Positions 60,238 to 64,000 of a stretch of 64,000 bases of DNA are shown one piece after another. The notes beneath the pieces were generated by a model. It did not search any database. It had not been told where the DNA came from and saw only the letters and a list, made by a program, of their open reading frames with translations. Origin of the DNA: Macrostomum lignano. Lineage: Eukaryota. The stretch spans positions 248,001-312,000 of the forward strand of contig NIVC01000980.1 in the NCBI GenBank assembly GCA_002269645.1. Reading direction: 5' to 3'. Position 1 is the first letter of the stretch, and every line of letters starts with the position of its first letter. Made by a program: the position numbers and the translations under genes.

Positions 60238-61030
60238 AAAATGGTGCATAAGCATAAGTTAAAGATATTGTACTAACGAACGGTCGCGGTCGGCAAAGAG
60301 GAGAGAAGAGAAGAAAGGGTCAGAGAAAATAGAGAAGAGAGAAGAGAGATAGGAGAAAGGAGATACTAGGGAAGATATGAGATAGGAGAGCAGCGATGAG
60401 AGGAGAGAAGGAAGAGAGCTGAGAAGAGAGACAAACCTTGAGCGATTGCTATTGTGAAGTTTCAAAGGACCCGAGGTCCGGATAGAGAGGCTTCGCGGGC
60501 CGGAGTTTTGGCTTCAGCGTCAGCTGCAAAATTTGCATTCCAACTCATGCTTGGTATTCTTCGCAGTTGATATTGATAGAATAAACAGAAAAAAGCATTT
60601 TAGGCATTAGGCATTTCAACATTAAGTATGGACTAGCAACCAAATATTGTTGAGAGCGGGAAAAATTTGAAAATGTTATTCGTTTATACGTATGTACTAA
60701 ATTGCGTAAAAGTATATTGCACACATTAAAATATTTTAATACCGACTTGCTGATTGCGAGAGACTGAAAGAGTTTGGAATTGCAGCTGCAAGGCGCCCGC
60801 TTCCCACCGCTCATGGAACTGGCAGGCAAATTACATTAAAATAGCGTGCATTATAAAAGTACTTTTTGCACTCCAGACTGTGAACTACTGCTGTAAGCAC
60901 GCTGTGTCTGGCGTTCTTAACTGCATGACTGCATGACTGCATGATTCAAAGTCTCACACACTCATTTAAAATCTTATTCTCCTTGATTTAAAACTATACA
61001 AATAGTCAATCAAAATTGCAAACTCATTTA

Positions 61031-61195
61031 TTCAATACCTCACACCTGGTCATTCAAGTTCCCTCACACACAGGGATTCAATACCTCACACCTGGTCATT
61101 CAAGTTCCCTCACACACAGGGATTCAAAACCTCACACCTGGTCATTCAAGTTCCCTCACACACAGGGATTCAATACCTCACACCTGGTCATTCAC
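61031..61195. repeat. 46-bp tandem repeat, about 3.5 copies
   Basis: TTCAATACCTCACACCTGGTCATTCAAGTTCCCTCACACACAGGGA. Confidence 0.85.
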
Positions 61196-61384
61196 AAGTC
61201 TCACACAGCTCAGCCAGTGAGCAGAGACAGGGACTGATCAACATGATCATGATCAACAGGATGCTCAACTTGCAAATCATCCGCGTTCCCAACAGAACTC
61301 TCTCTAGCGGCTTTCGCAGCGAGTTGGTCCAGCTTTTCAATTTAGTTGACTATATATGAGCTACTATATGTACACCAGCTCAGA

Positions 61385-62840
61385 TCAAGTGTACAGCACC
61401 GAGGCAGCGGCGGTAGCGGCGGCAGCGGCGGCAGCGGCGGCAGCGGCAGCGACACCAACGGCGGCCAATCCAGCGGCGCCTTTCGCTGCGCCACGCCTCC
61501 CCTCCGCGGCCCCGTCAGAGTCGGTCAGCCGCAGGCCTGGCCGCGGCCACGGCCCCGGCAGGTAGCAGAGCCTGTCGCCAAGGCCCGCGGCCGGCGGCAG
61601 CTGGCAGTGCAGCTGCCAATCGCCCAAGTCGTTGCCGCCGGCGCAGACGTATCGACCTGGCGCCAGCGAGCGACACCCCGTCACCAAGTCGACATACGGC
61701 CGGTCCTGAAGGTGCTCGGCGAACTGCGGGCCGGTGCAGCCGGCAGCAGGCGGCGCCCAAAAGTGCAGCCGCTCCAGGCGTGGCTGGCCCCAGAATCTGC
61801 AGGTCAGATTCTCAACCGGCAGGCTGACGTCAGCGTCGCTCGATCGACGGAGCGACCGGCCGTCGGCCAGTAGGAGGGCTCGAACTCGAGACTGCACGCC
61901 AACGTATTTGACAACGTCTACGTAGCGGCGAGTGGCGTTGTCGCCGTCATCGACCAATTGCACGCGGAGCTTGTAGAGGCCCTGGGAGGGGGATCGGGCA
62001 GGTAAAGCACCTGTTGCACACTTGAAGTTCTTAATCCTTTGCCTTGAGCTATAATAAACTCTATTGCGTACTCCCTCATTTCCTGTCTACTCCCTCAATT
62101 CCTGTCTACTCCCTCACTTCGTGTCTACTCCTTCACTTCCTGTCTACTCCCTCACTTCCTGTCTACTCCCTCACTTCCTGTCTACTCCCTCACTTCCTGT
62201 CTACTCCCTCACTTCCTGTCTACTCCCTCAGTCTCCATCTCCCTCAGTCTCCATCTCCCTCAGTCTCCATCTCCCTCAGTCTCCATCTCCCTCAGTCTCC
62301 ATCTCCCTCAGTCTCCATCTCCCTCAGTCTCCATCTCCCTCAGTCTCCATCTCCCTCAGTCTCCATCTCCCTCAGTCTCCATCTCCCTCAGTCTCCATCT
62401 CCCTCAGTCTCCATCTCCCTCAGTCTCCATCTCCCTCAGTCTCCATCTCCCTCAGTCTCCATCTCCCTCAGTCTCCATCTCCCTCAGTCTCCATCTCCCT
62501 CAGTCTCCATCTCCCTCAGTCTCCATCTCCCTGCGCCAGCCACACGCACCTGAAAATAGTCTGAGCTCGCACTGGCCTGGTACCTCGGGCCGACCTTCAG
62601 CAGCCGGAAGCCGGTCCTGGGCAGCAGTTTGTACCAGCGAAACCGCTGATCTGGCAGCCAGAGGTCGCCAACATAGTGAGGCTGATGCGCAAGGAAGCGC
62701 ACCGTGTCGTTGGCTCTGGGACTGCGGGGCACCCAGCTGAAGTCGAAGTCGAACAGGTTCAGGCCTGTAGAGGAGGCCGCTGCCACGGTCAGAGGTGCCC
62801 CAACCAGACAGCCCAGAGCTGCCAGCACCGCTGCAGTCAT
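61385..62840 (-). CDS. Secreted or GPI-anchored two-Ig-domain protein; exons 62840-62550 and 61981-61385; 295 aa
   Basis: Signal peptide MTAAVLAALGCLVGAPLTVAAA. Domain 1 has FRWYK...GLYKLRV; domain 2 has LTCRFWGQP...GRYVCAGGNDLG. Hydrophobic Ala-rich C-terminus. Phase-0 junction CAG|GTGCGT to CTCCCAG|GGC. Confidence 0.72.
62070..62530. repeat. Two adjacent minisatellites in the Ig-gene intron: 19-bp GTCTACTCCCTCACTTCCT and 16-bp CTCCATCTCCCTCAGT
   Basis: Periods read directly; the switch between units is near 62225. Confidence 0.93.
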
Positions 62841-63357
62841 AACTGAAGAGAGCCAAAAGTTGTCTTTCTAAATTTGTCTAACAAATCATTCATTGGACTT
62901 CCTATTTTATTCCCTCATCGTCAGTGGAGGCTGGGAAGACCGCCTCAGCGCCATTGGCTCTCGGCTGACGGTGAGGCTAAGAGAGTGGAAGAGAGAGATG
63001 AAGCGACTCAACCAAGGAGACTTTGAGCAGGAGTCTGGAAAGAATCAGCAGGTAGTGGGGGGCGTTTCGCAGCCTTCGCATCATCCAAAATTCTTCCTAG
63101 TCAATCTCTCGAGGAAGTTTTTCCATTGATTAGCACTAAATTCCCAGCATCTCACCTCCTGGACTTACGAATTACAATCAGAGCAAAGTGTGTTGCTTTT
63201 CCGAGGTTTGACTCGCACATTTCTAGACAGAAAATAGAACCAGGTTACAGTTAATCCCATGGAAGAAGTCGATGAGTTTTTAAGTCTCTGCGCTGTGTGT
63301 CTTGAAAATTGATGATTTGGGAAGGAAGGAAAGGCAGGCCAGGTGACCAGACTTATA

Positions 63358-63550
63358 GGGCCGTATGCAGAAAGCTCTGTCTAGGGTAGTTCGGTCTTGA
63401 AAAGCTAGTCTGGACTTGGATTTGGTATGCAGAAACACAAAGTTAGACCAGTCTACTATAGCAGAACTAGGGTAGCTGGACCATAGACTATAGACTGAAC
63501 TACCCAAGTCCGGACTAGCTAGTCTGGACTAAGCTTTCTGCATACGGCCC
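63358..63550. mobile_element. Tourist/Harbinger-like MITE candidate (193 bp)
   Basis: Perfect 19-bp TIR GGGCCGTATGCAGAAAGCT; no matching TSD visible. Confidence 0.55.
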
Positions 63551-64000
63551 TCTGTTTTAGGCCTCCTTGACTCAAGCCATGCAGCTCACTTTAGAACGCT
63601 ATAGCCTTGAAGTTGGGATAAAAAAGCCAGGGAGCTGTTTCTCCATCCAGCTTCCCATCGGATATTTTAAAGCTTGCTTCCTTCACTGGGATTTACTGGG
63701 CTGACAGCGCAAAGCTCTCTAATTGATTATACAAGCAGCGGATCCGGCCGACTCGAGAGCTGTGGGAGAATTTGAACCGAATCCTGTTCGATTGTCTTCA
63801 AAAGTTATTCTCGAGGCGAAGGAATCAGAGGGAAAAAACTGAAAAATGTTGCATTCGTGAAGCTGCTGGATGGATTGATGATGGATTTATCTTCAGTCTC
63901 AAATTACTCGAGTACGCTCCATGAGAGCTGAGCAGCTGAAGGTGTTTGCCAAGTAGAGTTCTCTCGCGCACTGCCACTTGATTGATTGATCCGGCAGCTC

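Overview
Eukaryotic (animal) genomic DNA with short, GC-rich exons and introns packed with tandem repeats. The style and gene content would fit a free-living flatworm such as Macrostomum, but the species is an inference. Genes reconstructed by hand from GT-AG junctions: the last exon of a GH20 beta-hexosaminidase, nicotinamide riboside kinase (5 exons), a 78-aa secreted prepropeptide, the PRD-class homeobox gene homeobrain (3 exons), an alpha-arrestin (6 exons, one in-frame TAG), boule (4 exons), a GT31 galactosyltransferase with an altered DxD motif, CTP synthase (6 exons), an intronless CCCH/C2H2 zinc-finger protein and a two-Ig, probably GPI-anchored protein. Mobile DNA: a 5.2-kb LOA/R1-group LINE with a 14-bp TSD, three copies of a tRNA-derived CORE-like SINE, a decayed mariner, a hAT MITE and a P-like MITE (both with perfect 8-bp TSDs), and several weaker MITE candidates. 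Most long ORFs in the supplied track, including the 1382-aa one, are artefacts of stop-free repeats. Best leads: the orphan disulfide prepropeptide, the orphan zinc-finger protein, the one-distinct-minisatellite-per-intron pattern, the inverted exon copy inside the hexosaminidase intron and the internal stop in the arrestin.
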